64,000 nt of DNA, from NCBI GenBank assembly GCA_963833985.1, contig CAWIAD010000002.1, forward strand, positions 1,440,001 through 1,504,000, read 5' to 3'. The first letter of the stretch is position 1. Every line of letters starts with the position of its first letter. Positions 33,984-45,312 of the stretch are shown here, one piece after another. Made by a program: the position numbers and the translations under genes. Source of the DNA: an uncultured Planctomycetaceae bacterium. Lineage in GTDB: Bacteria; Planctomycetota; Planctomycetia; Isosphaerales; Isosphaeraceae. Below the pieces are notes generated by a model. It was given only the letters and a program-made list of their open reading frames with translations. It made no database searches and was not told the origin of the DNA.

Positions 33984-36785
33984 TCAGGTCTCCTGGCGGG
34001 GCAGGCCCGCGACGCTGAAGCCGATCAGGACGGGGATGAAGGCGGCCAGGGCGAGGGCGTCGATCCAGAGGCCCTCGGCTCCCAGGCCCTTGGTAAAGGC
34101 CCCGACGCTGGCGTGCATGTAGTAGGTGGTCGGCCAGATCGTGCCGAGGACCCGAGCGCCGCCGTCCAGGGTGGAGACGGGCTGGAGCATCCCCGAGAAC
34201 TGAGTGGTCGGCAGGATGGTGAGGATCGCCGTGATGAACACGGCCGCTACCTGGCTGGAGGTGAAGGTGGCAACGAGCATGCCCAGGGACGTGGTGGCAG
34301 TGACATAGAGCAGGGCGCAGACCGTCAGCATCCAGCCGCTCCCCTTCAGCGGCACGCCGAAGACGGCGACCGCCATCAGCAGCAGGAGGACGTGGTTGAT
34401 CATCCCGATGACGATGTAAGGAAGCTGCTTGCCGACCAGGAACTCGATGCGCCGGGTGGGTGTGACATAGAAGTTGATGATCGAGCCCAGCTCCTTCTCG
34501 CGGACGACGCTGACGGCCATCAGGATCGCCGGGATCAGGATCAGCAGGATGGCCGGCACGCTGGGGACGATCGCATAGAGACTCTCGAACGTGGGGTTGT
34601 AGACGAAGCGGTTCTCCACATCGAACGCGGTCTCGCCCGGCAGCACCCTGGGACTGTTCCGCCCCTGCTCGCGCAGATAGCTGTTGTGCACGCCCAACAC
34701 GTACTGGCGAAGGCTCTCGGCGCGGTTGGTCGGCGCACCGTCGACCCAGGCGGTGACCTCGCCCGGATTGCCCTGTTGGAGGTTTCGGCCAAAGTTGGAC
34801 GCGACCTCCAGGGCGACCTCGATCTCATGTGATTTGAGCCGGAGCTCCATCTCATCGGGCGTCTGGCCCGGCGCGTGGGGGACGAAGTACCGGGAGCCCT
34901 CGAAGGCCGAAATGTAGGCCCGGCTCTCGGGCGAGCGGTCGAGGTCGAGGTCGGCGAAGCGGATGTTCTCCACGTCGGTGGTGATGCCGAAGCCGAAGGC
35001 GAGCATCATGAGGGCGGAGCCGACGAAGGCAAACAGCAGGCGGACCGGGTCGCGCTCGATCTCCTGGGCCTCGCGACGGCTGTAGGCGAGCATCCGACCC
35101 AGTCGGAAGCCGGGGCGGAGATCGTCGGCGTGCGCGGGGGCCGCCGGAGCGGCGTGCGTCACGAAGGCCGCGGCGTCGCTGTCGGCTCGGTCCTTGTTCT
35201 TCGATTCCGGAGCCTCGCTGGCGGCGTCGGCGATGTAACCGATGAAGGCGGCCTCCAGGTCGTCGGTACCGCGGCTGGCCATGAGCTGGGCCGGGGTGTC
35301 GCAGGCGAGGACAGTGCCGGCGTGCATCAGGGAGATACGATCGCAGCGCAGGGCCTCGTTCATGAAATGGGTGGAGACGAAGATCGTGACGCCCTGGCGG
35401 CGGGAGAGGTCGATGAGGAGCTCCCAGAATTCGTCGCGAGCGACGGGATCAACGCCCGAGGTGGGCTCATCGAGCAGGAGCATGTCGGGCTCGTGCAGGA
35501 CGGCGACGGCCAGGGACAGCCGTTGCTTGAGCCCCAGCGGGAGCTCCTCCGAGGCGGCGTCGAGATGGGCCCGCAGGCCGAACCGATCGACCAGCTCGTC
35601 GATGCGGGCGCGGTTGCGGGCGCGAGGGAGGTTGAAGATGCGGGCGTGGAGTTCGAGGTTCTGACGGACCGTGAGCTCGCCGTAAAGGGAGAAGGCCTGC
35701 GACATGTAGCCGACCCGCTTGCGCGTGGCCAGGTCGTCGGCGTCCACGGGATCGCCGAAGAGCCTGGCCTGGCCCTCGGTGGCAGGCAGGAGGCCGGTCA
35801 GCATCTTCATCGTGGTGGACTTGCCGCAGCCGTTGGAGCCCAGGAAGCCGAAGATCTCGCCGCGGCCGATGGCGAAATTGACGCGGTTCACGGCGGTGAA
35901 GGAGCCGAACCGCTTGGTGAGGTCGGTGGCCTGGATGGCGGGCTCCCCCCCGGGGTCCACGCGGGGAGGGATCTTCAGGGCGCGGCGACCGCCCGCCTCG
36001 GCGCCCGGCAGCAGCGCGACGAACGCGTCCTCCAGGTTCGCGGCGCCTGTGCGTTTCATGAGCTGGGCGGGAGTTCCGGTGGCGATGACGCGGCCGGCAT
36101 CCATGGCGATGGTCCAGTCGAAGCGCTGGGCCTCGTCCATGTAGGCCGTGGAGACCAGCACGCTCATGCCGGGCCGATCGGCGCGGATGCGATCGATGAG
36201 TGACCAGAACTGCTGGCGGGAGAGAGGATCCACTCCGGTGGTCGGCTCGTCGAGGATGAGCAGGTCCGGGTCGTGGATCAGGGCGCCGCAGAGGCCCACC
36301 TTCTGCTTCATGCCGCCGGAGAGCTTGCCGGCGGGGCGGTCGGGGAACGGCCCCAGGCCCGTGGCGTCGAGCAGCGCGCGGATGCGGCCGGCACGCTCCG
36401 CGTCGGGCACGCCGAAGAGCCTGGCGAAGAAGTCGATGTTCTCGAAGACGCTGAGCTCGAGATAGAGGTTCTTGCCCAGTCCCTGAGGCATGAAGGCAAT
36501 GCGTGGGCAGGCGGCGTCGCGGTGGGCGGGCTCGGCCATGTCGCCGCCGAGGACGCGGACCGATCCCGCCTGGATCTTCTTCGAGCCGGCAATCAGGCCC
36601 ATGAGCGTGGACTTGCCGACGCCGTCGGGGCCGATCAGGCCGACCATGCATCCGGCAGGGATGTCAAGCTCCAGCGCGTCCAGCGCGCGGGTGGTCCCAT
36701 AAGTGTGCGAGACGCCGCGGACCGATACCACCGGCGCCGTGTCACGGTCTGGAGAGGTGGAGACGCTCATGCTGGGGGAGGCCAT
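33984..36785 (-). CDS. rbbA: ribosome-associated ATPase / fused double-NBD ABC transporter
   Basis: Two Walker A motifs (GPDGVGKST, GSNGCGKST), MPQGLGKNLY, C-terminal permease VVREKELGSI. Confidence 0.93.
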   Translation of the reverse strand: MASPSMSVSTSPDRDTAPVVSVRGVSHTYGTTRALDALELDIPAGCMVGLIGPDGVGKSTLMGLIAGSKKIQAGSVRVLGGDMAEPAHRDAACPRIAFMPQGLGKNLYLELSVFENIDFFARLFGVPDAERAGRIRALLDATGLGPFPDRPAGKLSGGMKQKVGLCGALIHDPDLLILDEPTTGVDPLSRQQFWSLIDRIRADRPGMSVLVSTAYMDEAQRFDWTIAMDAGRVIATGTPAQLMKRTGAANLEDAFVALLPGAEAGGRRALKIPPRVDPGGEPAIQATDLTKRFGSFTAVNRVNFAIGRGEIFGFLGSNGCGKSTTMKMLTGLLPATEGQARLFGDPVDADDLATRKRVGYMSQAFSLYGELTVRQNLELHARIFNLPRARNRARIDELVDRFGLRAHLDAASEELPLGLKQRLSLAVAVLHEPDMLLLDEPTSGVDPVARDEFWELLIDLSRRQGVTIFVSTHFMNEALRCDRISLMHAGTVLACDTPAQLMASRGTDDLEAAFIGYIADAASEAPESKNKDRADSDAAAFVTHAAPAAPAHADDLRPGFRLGRMLAYSRREAQEIERDPVRLLFAFVGSALMMLAFGFGITTDVENIRFADLDLDRSPESRAYISAFEGSRYFVPHAPGQTPDEMELRLKSHEIEVALEVASNFGRNLQQGNPGEVTAWVDGAPTNRAESLRQYVLGVHNSYLREQGRNSPRVLPGETAFDVENRFVYNPTFESLYAIVPSVPAILLILIPAILMAVSVVREKELGSIINFYVTPTRRIEFLVGKQLPYIVIGMINHVLLLLMAVAVFGVPLKGSGWMLTVCALLYVTATTSLGMLVATFTSSQVAAVFITAILTILPTTQFSGMLQPVSTLDGGARVLGTIWPTTYYMHASVGAFTKGLGAEGLWIDALALAAFIPVLIGFSVAGLPRQET

Positions 36786-36799
36786 CGCGTCGCCCTCCG

Positions 36800-37886
36800 T
36801 CAGGGTCGGGGGGCCGGCGTTTCCGGTTGAGTGGCCGGGACCCCATGGCCTTCGGCGACGTGACCGCTCTCCGGCTTTCCGGCTTCCGCGGTCGAGGCGG
36901 GAGTGGGTCCCGGGAAGGGGCGATCAAGGCGTTCGGGCCAGGCAGCCGAGTCGTCAAGCCGGACGTAGCCGACGCCGCGGATGCCGGTCTTGATGCGCTC
37001 GATGACGGGCAGGATGCGCTCGGAGGGGACGCTCAGCTTCACGCGGAACATCAGCTTGTCGCGCTCGCTCCGGGTTTCGACTTCCTTGGGCGTGAACTGG
37101 GCCTCCGGGGCGACAAAGGTCACCCTGGCGCGCGCGGCGTACTCGGGGGCGACGTCCAGGACGATCCGGGCTTCGGCGCCAAGCTTTGTTTTCACTGCGT
37201 CCTGAGCCGGCAGGTAAATCTCCATGTACACATCGCCGAGGTTCACGAGTGTGAGCACCTTGCCTCCGCTGCCCAGTACCTCGCCCTCCTCGGCAAGGCG
37301 GTAGAGGACGCGACCCGCGACGGTCGACTTGAGGGTCATGTCGTCGATCCGCGACTGGATCGTTGCCGCCTCGGCCTTGGCCGCTTCGACTGACTTGCGA
37401 GCCGTGTTGAGCCGGGCTTTCTCACCCTCGAGCGCCGCACGGCGGGTCCTGGCCATGGTATCCTTGATGTCGTAATCCTCGCGCGAGCTGGCCTTGCGCA
37501 AGAAGATTTCGCTCTCTCGCCAACTCGACTTCGGCCAGCTTCAGCTGGCTCTCAGCCTGGGCAATGTCGGCCTGGACCTCCAAGCCCTTCGCCTCTTCCT
37601 GGGCGACGGTCGCCTCGGCTCGCGCCAGTTCCGATCTGAGTGTGACGGTATCTATCCTGGCGACGACCTGACCAGCCTTGACCATGTCCCCCTCGTGGAC
37701 GAGGATGGTCTCGACCCGGCCCGGCTCCTTGGTGGTCACGTCCACCTGGACCGACTCGACCCGCCCATTGCCCGCGGCAAACCCGGGCGGCAGCGCATTG
37801 AGTCGGGACTGGTAGGACTGCCAGGCGAGGACCCCGCCCCCGGCGAGGAGGGCGAGCACGAGGACCCAGAACGTTTTCCCCTTCAT
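36800..37886 (-). CDS. yhiI: HlyD-family membrane fusion protein (frameshift near 37497)
   Basis: GFAAGNGRVE, AQFTPKEVETRSERDKLMFRVK. Confidence 0.88.
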
Positions 37887-37968
37887 GGCGGACGCTCCCG
37901 AGGATCCGTTGACTTGACGACACCTGTCACTACGGGGCCGCCGTGCCCCATCGATGTTCCGGCCCCGT

Positions 37969-38925
37969 TCAGAGGGCGGTGAGGGCCAGGTCGCAGAGCA
38001 ATCGAGCGGGAAGCTGGTCGTAGGACCGCCGAACCTCGTGGAAGGCGAAAACGAGGAGATCGAGATCTCCCTTCAGACTGAGACGGCCGGACTCCAGAGC
38101 GGCGGCTTCCTGAAACACCTTCGGAGCCGGACCAACCACGGTTTCGAGAAGCGGTGACGCCCACACGCCGTGCCGCTCGTTGCCGGGAACGTAAACCGGC
38201 TGCTCGAGTGTGATCGGGCGATCCAGCACCAATCCGGTTACAAGCGGGATCAGCATGGCGGTCAGGGGAAAGTTCGCCAGGTACTCCCAGTCGCCAATCC
38301 GGACCGGCTCGGAGAGCGCCAGGCCCCGCGACCGGAACGCCTTCTCGGTGAGCTCCAAACAGTAGAGCGAGTCATCCTCCATGCGGAAGCCGGCGTCGAA
38401 GGGAACCTGTCGCTCATACGCGGCAAGGTGGTAATCGATCACGCCGGCGATGCGGTTGCGGTGCTCCGGCTTGAGCCGCTTCACCCCCAGGGCTCCCAGG
38501 CTGTCGAGCATCCAGACCTCGAAAGGCTGGCGCTGGACTCCCGCGGACGAGCAGTCATAGACCACCGGCGATCCGTCCTCGATCGCGATAACGCCGGTGT
38601 GCGAGAAGGGACTGCCGGTCGCCCGGGCGATGAACCGACTGAGCGGAACCATGCCGCGCATGACACGTGCATCGCCGAGCCGGAAGACGATGTCTCCCTG
38701 GCGCAGCACCTCCCGTCCCCATTCATGCCAGCGTGCCATGCCTGGGTTGGACGGCAGCGGCGAGAGCTGCCCGGTGTTCCGGGCACGCGTTGCGGCCGGG
38801 CCCCAATAATTGCCACACCAGGTGGGTGGTTTCAACCAGTCGGTCGCTTCCGCCGTACCCTGTTCGTACGTCGCCAGCGCGATCATCCAGCAGAAGATAT
38901 GGAGCACGGAAGTCTCCAGGTGCAT
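37969..38925 (-). CDS. YiiX/YebB-like permuted papain-like (NlpC/P60) hydrolase
   Basis: LRQGDIVFR, FSHTGV, YCLEL with His preceding Cys. Confidence 0.85.
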   Translation of the reverse strand: MHLETSVLHIFCWMIALATYEQGTAEATDWLKPPTWCGNYWGPAATRARNTGQLSPLPSNPGMARWHEWGREVLRQGDIVFRLGDARVMRGMVPLSRFIARATGSPFSHTGVIAIEDGSPVVYDCSSAGVQRQPFEVWMLDSLGALGVKRLKPEHRNRIAGVIDYHLAAYERQVPFDAGFRMEDDSLYCLELTEKAFRSRGLALSEPVRIGDWEYLANFPLTAMLIPLVTGLVLDRPITLEQPVYVPGNERHGVWASPLLETVVGPAPKVFQEAAALESGRLSLKGDLDLLVFAFHEVRRSYDQLPARLLCDLALTAL

Positions 38926-39641
38926 CTCGGGGAGTCCGGACCGACGGATCCGTTACTGTCCCCAGGCCCTTGCTTCTCCTGGGGGAGCTTCCGTGCGCGG
39001 AAATGGCTCTGAACTGGGTGAGTGGAAGGGTGCCAAGCCGGCCGAAGACCAGCCGGCGACCAGGGGCAAAGTCCCAGAAACTGGCACATGATCGCTGGTT
39101 CGAATCGGAGCCTTCCGGAGAGCCGAACCTTTCAGCACTTCAACGTCGCTGGAGCTTCTTCGTTCGGAAATATGGCCGCATCCGCAGCATCCAGCGCACC
39201 GCAATCCGGACCCGCCTGCTCAACGCTCAGATACTGAACCCACGGGTCGACTTGGCCTCTTCGCCTCGCGATTTCTCCGGACCTGGTTCTTAACGGCTAT
39301 TAATCTACCACAGTGTGCATTCGCAATGATAGTGGGTTGGTTCGTATCTGGCTTGATAGGCGTCGTCGGGCAACGCTCTGTGCATAAGAGTCGATGGAAA
39401 ATCAAGCAGCGATCGGCGGCAACTGCTTGAGTGCAAGGACGTCCATGAGCCACGACACCCCTTCGAGAAATGACGCGGAAGCCTACGAGAACGCCGATGA
39501 AGGTCAAGCCCGACATCGGAATCCCACGCCTTATCGCCTCCCAGCGCGCTGGGCCACCCGTACTCTGACAAATGCCCGCCCCCTCAATGACGTGTGACCC
39601 GCGGCGCGTCCCGAAATTCCGGATCTGAATGATCAAATCCT

Positions 39642-39776
39642 GAGGCCGTCCCCATTCCCCTCCGACCCGCACCCAGCAGCAAGTGGCCCGGGACACCAAG
39701 CCGAATTGTCAGGCAACCCCCCGACCTTGAATCCCGCGCGGGCGGAACGGATGCCACCCTGAATCATGATGGCCCC
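39642..39776. mobile_element. MITE/REPIN-like element, diverged copy C
   Basis: Shares CCGACCCGCAC, CACCAAGCCGA, GCGCGGGCGGAACGGATGCCACCC and GATGGCCCC with copies A and B. Confidence 0.7.
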
Positions 39777-39972
39777 GTCCTCCGCCTTCACGTCTCCGAC
39801 CGTCTTTCGGTAGAGGACGTTCCCACCGTCCGCCGTCGAGTCCGCGCTGCACACGACATTGCTGGGCCGCTCGACTTCCCACTGGCCGGACTGATGACAC
39901 CACCAGGCTCGCATGCCGGATCTCCGGGAACCAATATGAGTGAATGATCTGCAAGTGCACCAGCGTCGCCGC

Positions 39973-41352
39973 TCAGTCGATTCCCAGCTCTTTTTGAATC
40001 TCCTCCAGTGGCACACCCTTGGTCTCGGGCATCACGAAGAGGGCCCAGAGTAACTGTCCGAACATCATCACCGCGTAGAAGGCAAAGGCGTGGCCGCCGG
40101 ACTTGCTGGCGATGAGCGGGAACGTCCAGGTAATGAGCGCAGCCATCACCCAGTGCGTCGTGCTCCCCAGGGCCTGGCCGGAGGCACGCACGCGGTTGGG
40201 GAAGATCTCGCTGATGAAGACCCAGATCACCGCGCCCTGGCCGAAGGCATGGGCTGCAATGAACAGGAGCAGGCTCGCCAGGACGATACGCGAGCCGGCC
40301 GGCGTGAACTCGGTGCCGTAGGTGTAGAACGCCCAGGCCGTGGCACCAAGGCTGATCAGGTAGCCGACCGAACCGACGAGGATGAGCTTGCGCCGGCCGA
40401 AGTGGTCAATCACGGTCATGGCCAGCATCGTGAAGATCAGGTTCGTGCCGCCGACGGCCACCGATTGCAGGAGCGCCGAGGCCTTGCCCGCGCCGGCCAT
40501 CTCGAAGACCCTCGGCGCGTAATAAAGGATGGCGTTGATCCCGGAAAGCTGGTTGAACATGGCAATGGCGACGGCCAGCAAGATGGGCTTGCGGTACCTT
40601 GCCTGGAAGAGCGAATCGCCCTGGTGGTGCTCCAGGTCGAGCGAGCGCTGGATCTCGGCAAGCTCGTCATCCACGCCGGGCCCGTCGACGCCAATCCTCG
40701 TGAGGATCCCGCGCGCCTGATCGCGCTGTCCCCGGGCCATGAGCCAGCGGGGGCTCTCGGGCGTGGGGAAGAGCAGAAGGAAGAAGAGTGCGGAGGGGAC
40801 CACCTGCACGCCCAGCATCCAGCGCCATTCGTCTGCACCCAGTCCCATCTGCGCGATGAGGAAATTCGACAGGAATGCGACAAGGATGCCCAGCACGATA
40901 TTGAATTGCTGCGCCGCCACGAAGCGGCCGCGCACCGGAGCCGGGGAGATCTCGGCGATGTAGAGCGGCGAGACCACCGACGCGCCGCCAACCGCCAGCC
41001 CGCCGACGAAGCGGAAGGCCAGGAACGCGTACCAGCTCCAGGCCAGCGCACTGCCCAGCGCCGAGATGAAGTAGAGGATCGCCAGGACCATGAGCGCGCG
41101 CCGCCGTCCCCAGACGTCCGAGGGCTTACCCGAGAAGATCGAGCCGATGATCGTGCCCACCAGCGCGATGGCGACAGTGAATCCAAGCTGGTTCTCATCG
41201 AGACCGAAGGCGCCCTTGAGCGCGTCGGTCGTGCCCGAGATGACCGCGGTGTCGAACCCGAAGAGGAAGCCGCCCAGGGCCGCCACGATGGCGCTGCCGA
41301 TGAGCACCCGCGTGACCTTCACCCGAGGCGGGGAGGATGGCCCGCCCGCCAT
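39973..41352 (-). CDS. sugar porter (SP) family MFS transporter
   Basis: GGFLFGFDTAVISG, YIAEISP, PESPRWL, NQLSGINAILYY, PETKG. Confidence 0.95.
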   Translation of the reverse strand: MAGGPSSPPRVKVTRVLIGSAIVAALGGFLFGFDTAVISGTTDALKGAFGLDENQLGFTVAIALVGTIIGSIFSGKPSDVWGRRRALMVLAILYFISALGSALAWSWYAFLAFRFVGGLAVGGASVVSPLYIAEISPAPVRGRFVAAQQFNIVLGILVAFLSNFLIAQMGLGADEWRWMLGVQVVPSALFFLLLFPTPESPRWLMARGQRDQARGILTRIGVDGPGVDDELAEIQRSLDLEHHQGDSLFQARYRKPILLAVAIAMFNQLSGINAILYYAPRVFEMAGAGKASALLQSVAVGGTNLIFTMLAMTVIDHFGRRKLILVGSVGYLISLGATAWAFYTYGTEFTPAGSRIVLASLLLFIAAHAFGQGAVIWVFISEIFPNRVRASGQALGSTTHWVMAALITWTFPLIASKSGGHAFAFYAVMMFGQLLWALFVMPETKGVPLEEIQKELGID

Positions 41353-41587
41353 GGCTGGTCGATATTCCGAGGCAATCACGGTCAGGTCTCCCGAGGTACG
41401 AACAACTGCCACGCCGCGCCTGTTGCCGGCACTGGCTGCCGCCGGCCAAGGATCACGGTACTCTGGAATTCACCAGAATAGTCGAAGAGCACGCCGCGAA
41501 GAACACACCGGCGGCACTTGCACGTTGCGGATCGGTCCGCGCTCGGTTTACAATTGTCAGAGACTACAGGCCGGGGAGGGCTTGAAC

Positions 41588-43057
41588 ATGAAGAGCTGGG
41601 CGTGGACTGTGCCGGCGGTGCTCGGATTGGGGCTCATGATCGTATCGTACGATCGTCAGATGCGGGTTGATTCCGGTGCGCCGTGGTCGTCCGGGTTCCT
41701 GTGTATTGGCAAGGGAGAGCCCGCGAAGCCGCTCGATCTGGGAACGCGTGTCTCGGGGCGGCTGCGCTACCTGCCGGCGGATCTGTTCAGCGACAGTCTG
41801 GTCAAGGGTCTGGGCGCGGCGCCAGGCGGGATGAAAGCAACCCTGGAGGCACGGCTCCATCCCAAGCTCATCGAACTGCCCGCCGACACGATCGCCGCCC
41901 TGGCGGGGGCCCTTGATGAGGGCCGGCTGCCGGAGGCGGGCAAGGACGAGGTGCTGGCGGGCGGCCGGTTGAAGGCTGGCGACCCGCCGAGCATCAACGG
42001 GCGCACGCTCAAGGTTGTGGGGGTCCTGCCAGCGGGCTCCGGCTTGCTGGGCGACAGCTACCTGCTTCCCAGGCAGGCCGGTTCCGACGGGTTCTTTCCG
42101 CCCGAGGATGCCTCCGTCCAGCCGGTGCAGGTGATCGGCCTGCAAGACGCAGACGTTGTCGACGCCAAGAAAGTGGCCCTGGTGACCGAGGCCTTCCCGA
42201 CCGGCTCCTTCATCGTCCTGGGGCCCGAGGTCCGCACCAGTCCCGGCGGGTTTGCAACCTACCTGACGGGGCAGGCGCTCTTCCTGCTGGGCGGCACGGG
42301 GCTCCTGATCGGGCTCTATCGCTGGCTCGCGGGGTGCGTGACCTGGCCGGTGCTCGCCGCACCTCTGGGCGAGATGGCCAAGCGCTCCCGCTTGCTCTGG
42401 GGCGTTCACATCGTCTACTTCGGCCTCTTCGTCGTGGGTGCCCTGGTCATCTATCAATTGCCCGCGCTGAACACGGTGCTCATGACCGCGGTCCAGGGAC
42501 AGATCCGCGATCAGGGCCACAGCGTGCTGGGTGTCGCCGGCAAGGCGTACGGTAGCGGTAACATTCCGCGCACCGCGCTGGTGACGTTTGTCATCAACTT
42601 CTTCCTGGGCTCGCTGGTGATGATCACCCTTCCGTCTCTCGTCATCCCCGGATCGGGCGTACTGCTGGCGGCATTTCGGGCGCTGCTCTGGGGCCTGCTG
42701 CTGGGGCCGACGCAGGCCGTCCTGGCGTACGCGATGCGCGCACACACCGGCACCCTGCTCCTGGAAGGCGAAGGCTACATCCTGGCAACCTTCTTCGCGT
42801 TCCTGGTTCCCATCTACCTGTTCGGATCCCGAGATCCGGCGGCCGAACGGAAGGACGCGAGGCTTGCGGATCCCGACCTGTACGGCGACGTCACCGGGCC
42901 GTTTCCAGGGGCCGAGACCGGCGCGCCGAGCAGTCGCTGGCAGAGGTTCGTGGCAGCCGTGGCAATGAACCTGAAGGGAAACATCCTGGTGGCCGTGGTC
43001 CTCATCGTCGCCGCCTGCTACGAGGCGTTCGAGGTGATCACGATGGCGGGTCGCTGA
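41588..43057 (+). CDS. hypothetical membrane protein (SpoIIM-like C-terminal region possible)
   Basis: N-terminal anchor, GRLPEAGKDEVLAG periplasmic-type motif, several C-terminal TMs, HTGTLLLE. Confidence 0.65.
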   Translation: MKSWAWTVPAVLGLGLMIVSYDRQMRVDSGAPWSSGFLCIGKGEPAKPLDLGTRVSGRLRYLPADLFSDSLVKGLGAAPGGMKATLEARLHPKLIELPADTIAALAGALDEGRLPEAGKDEVLAGGRLKAGDPPSINGRTLKVVGVLPAGSGLLGDSYLLPRQAGSDGFFPPEDASVQPVQVIGLQDADVVDAKKVALVTEAFPTGSFIVLGPEVRTSPGGFATYLTGQALFLLGGTGLLIGLYRWLAGCVTWPVLAAPLGEMAKRSRLLWGVHIVYFGLFVVGALVIYQLPALNTVLMTAVQGQIRDQGHSVLGVAGKAYGSGNIPRTALVTFVINFFLGSLVMITLPSLVIPGSGVLLAAFRALLWGLLLGPTQAVLAYAMRAHTGTLLLEGEGYILATFFAFLVPIYLFGSRDPAAERKDARLADPDLYGDVTGPFPGAETGAPSSRWQRFVAAVAMNLKGNILVAVVLIVAACYEAFEVITMAGR

Positions 43058-43103
43058 ACCGGGGCGGGGCACGACGCTGACAGCCGCGTCAGGGGAGCCG
43101 GGG

Positions 43104-44013
43104 TCAATCGGACCTGGGTTTCGAGGCTCTCAGGGTCCGCGCGGCGAGCTCGCGCGGTGACAGCCCGTGGACCTGCTTGAAGAGCCTGGAGAAATGCGCC
43201 GGGTCGGTGAAGCCCGATTCATAACACGCCTGCTTGACGCGCCCACCGGAGAGGAGCAGGCGGTCGAGCGCGTGGTTCATGCGCGCCCGCAGCAGGTACT
43301 GGTAAGGGCTGATCTCGCCGTGCTCGCGGAAGAGGCGGCACAGGTAAGAGGGCGAGAGCTCGAGTGCGCGGGCGGCGCGCTCGATGCTGGGATAGCGCAG
43401 GAACTGCTCCTGGAGGAACTGGCGGCAGCGCAGGAAGGACTCCTGCCGGCCTGAGCCCGCGGGCCGCTTGAGCGCCCGGCCGGGGATCTTCCTCGTCTTG
43501 ACCTTGAGCAGGAGGACGGTGAGGTACGCGGCGATGACCTCGTTCGCTTGCGCCGTGGCGCGTGCTTTCGCGCCTCATCCCGTCGAAGAGTTCGGCCAGT
43601 TCGGTGACGCCGAGGATGCGCCGGTACTGCCCCGGCGCCAGCGTGGCGCGCGCGAGCAGCGCAGGGGTATCCGGCCCGGTGATGTCCACGAAATACTTGG
43701 TGAGCGGCAGCCGGGGGTCGGTCTCGATACGGCAGGGGATGCCCGGGCCGTAGCAGAAGACGGCGCCCGGCTCCAGCTCATGCCGGCGGCCGCCCAGCCA
43801 AAGCCGGCCGCGGCCGCGTTCCACCCATTCCACTCCGAAGTAGGGGAAGGTGGGGCGATCGATCGCATAATCGGGGGCGCAGGTCTCCCGGCCCCCGCAG
43901 ACCACGATCACCCCTGATCGGCTCGTCCTCCGCTGGTGTGCATAGAAGTAGCGTCCCTCGCGCACCCTGGTCGAGATCTCCGGTTGCTCGTAGCTGTGTG
44001 CGCTGGGAATCAT
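43104..44013 (-). CDS. AraC-family transcriptional regulator (several frameshifts)
   Basis: Cupin N-domain; C-terminal GFTDPAHFSRLFKQVHGLSP in a shifted frame. Confidence 0.8.
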
Positions 44014-44251
44014 GACTGGCCTGAGTCTCCACCCGGGGATCGGCTTTCAGGTCAAGAATATTCCAGAGATATCCAGGTTATCTAGGAGATTTGCTTGGAG
44101 CCAGCCCGCGGTTCAACCTAGAATCAGCAAGCGTGGGTCAACCGTTCGAGGCAAATTGCCATTCCCCCAAGGGGCATCACAGGCACCGAAGCATAAACAC
44201 ACGAGAATTTCTCGTACGCTTCCGGAGCGCCGTCATTTTGAGGGTCTGAAG

Positions 44252-45301
44252 GTGAGCGCAGCAACAGCGGCACGTGCGTTCTCGATCGCCGCCGACGCGG
44301 TCGATCCGCGGCTCGTACCGAAGCAAACGCTGTACACGGGAGCGACGATCCCCGCGATCGGCCTGGGAACGTTCGGCTCGGACCGGTTCTCGGGCCAGCA
44401 GGTCGCCGCGGCCGTCCTGGAGGCCGCGGCCGTTGGCTACCGGCATTTCGACTGCGCGTCGGTCTATGGAAACGAGCCGGACATCGGCCACGCGCTGCGT
44501 GCGATCCAGAACGGCGGGATCACGCGCGAGCAGATCTGGGTCACCTCCAAGCTCTGGAACGACAAGCATGGCGAGGGCGACGTGCTGGCGTCGTGCCGGC
44601 AGTCGCTACGCGATTTGCAGCTCGATTACCTGGATCTTTACCTGGTGCACTGGCCGTTCCCGAACTACCACCCGCCGGGCTGCGATGTCACGGCGCGGAG
44701 CAAGGACGCCCAGCCGTACATCCACGAAAATTACATGAAAACATGGCGCCAGATGGAGGCGCTCGTGGACCAGGGGCTCGTGCGGCACATTGGCACATCC
44801 AACATGACGATCCCCAAGCTTGATCTCGTACTGCGTGACGCCCGCATCAAGCCGGCCTGCAACGAGATGGAGCTGCATCCCCATTTCCAGCAAGCGGAGT
44901 TCTTCCAGTTTGTGGTGGACGCGGGCATCGTGCCGATCGGGTACTGCCCCATCGGCTCGCCGAACAGGCCCGAGCGCGACCGCACGGCGGGCGACACAGT
45001 GGACATCGAGGACCCGGTCATCGTGCGCATCGCCAGCCGGCTGGGGGTTCATCCCGGCGTTGTGTGCCTGAAATGGGCCGTCCAGCGCGGGCAAGTCCCC
45101 ATTCCGTTCTCGGTGAAGCGCCCTCAATTCCTGGGCAGCCTGCGGGCCATCACCGAGAACCCGCTCACCGCGCAGGAGATGCAAGAGATCGCCACGATCG
45201 ACAAGAATTGCCGGCTCATCAAGGGGCAGGTCTTCCTCTGGAAAGACGGCCAGAGCTGGGAAGACCTGTGGGATCCCACCGGCGAGATCACCGCTCCCTG
45301 A
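44252..45301 (+). CDS. aldo/keto reductase
   Basis: IPAIGLGT, HFDCASVYGNE, TSKLWN, LDYLDLYLVHWP (D-Y-K-H tetrad). Confidence 0.93.
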   Translation: MSAATAARAFSIAADAVDPRLVPKQTLYTGATIPAIGLGTFGSDRFSGQQVAAAVLEAAAVGYRHFDCASVYGNEPDIGHALRAIQNGGITREQIWVTSKLWNDKHGEGDVLASCRQSLRDLQLDYLDLYLVHWPFPNYHPPGCDVTARSKDAQPYIHENYMKTWRQMEALVDQGLVRHIGTSNMTIPKLDLVLRDARIKPACNEMELHPHFQQAEFFQFVVDAGIVPIGYCPIGSPNRPERDRTAGDTVDIEDPVIVRIASRLGVHPGVVCLKWAVQRGQVPIPFSVKRPQFLGSLRAITENPLTAQEMQEIATIDKNCRLIKGQVFLWKDGQSWEDLWDPTGEITAP

Positions 45302-45312
45302 AACCCTGATGG

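Noticed and set aside
32858..37886. Exporter for the double-glycine peptide
   Set aside because: It is the widespread yhiI-rbbA-yhhJ module, has no C39 peptidase domain and is 12 kb away.
39000..39970. Coding genes or ncRNA in this long intergenic region
   Set aside because: The ORFs lack recognisable motifs; only the MITE copy is supportable.
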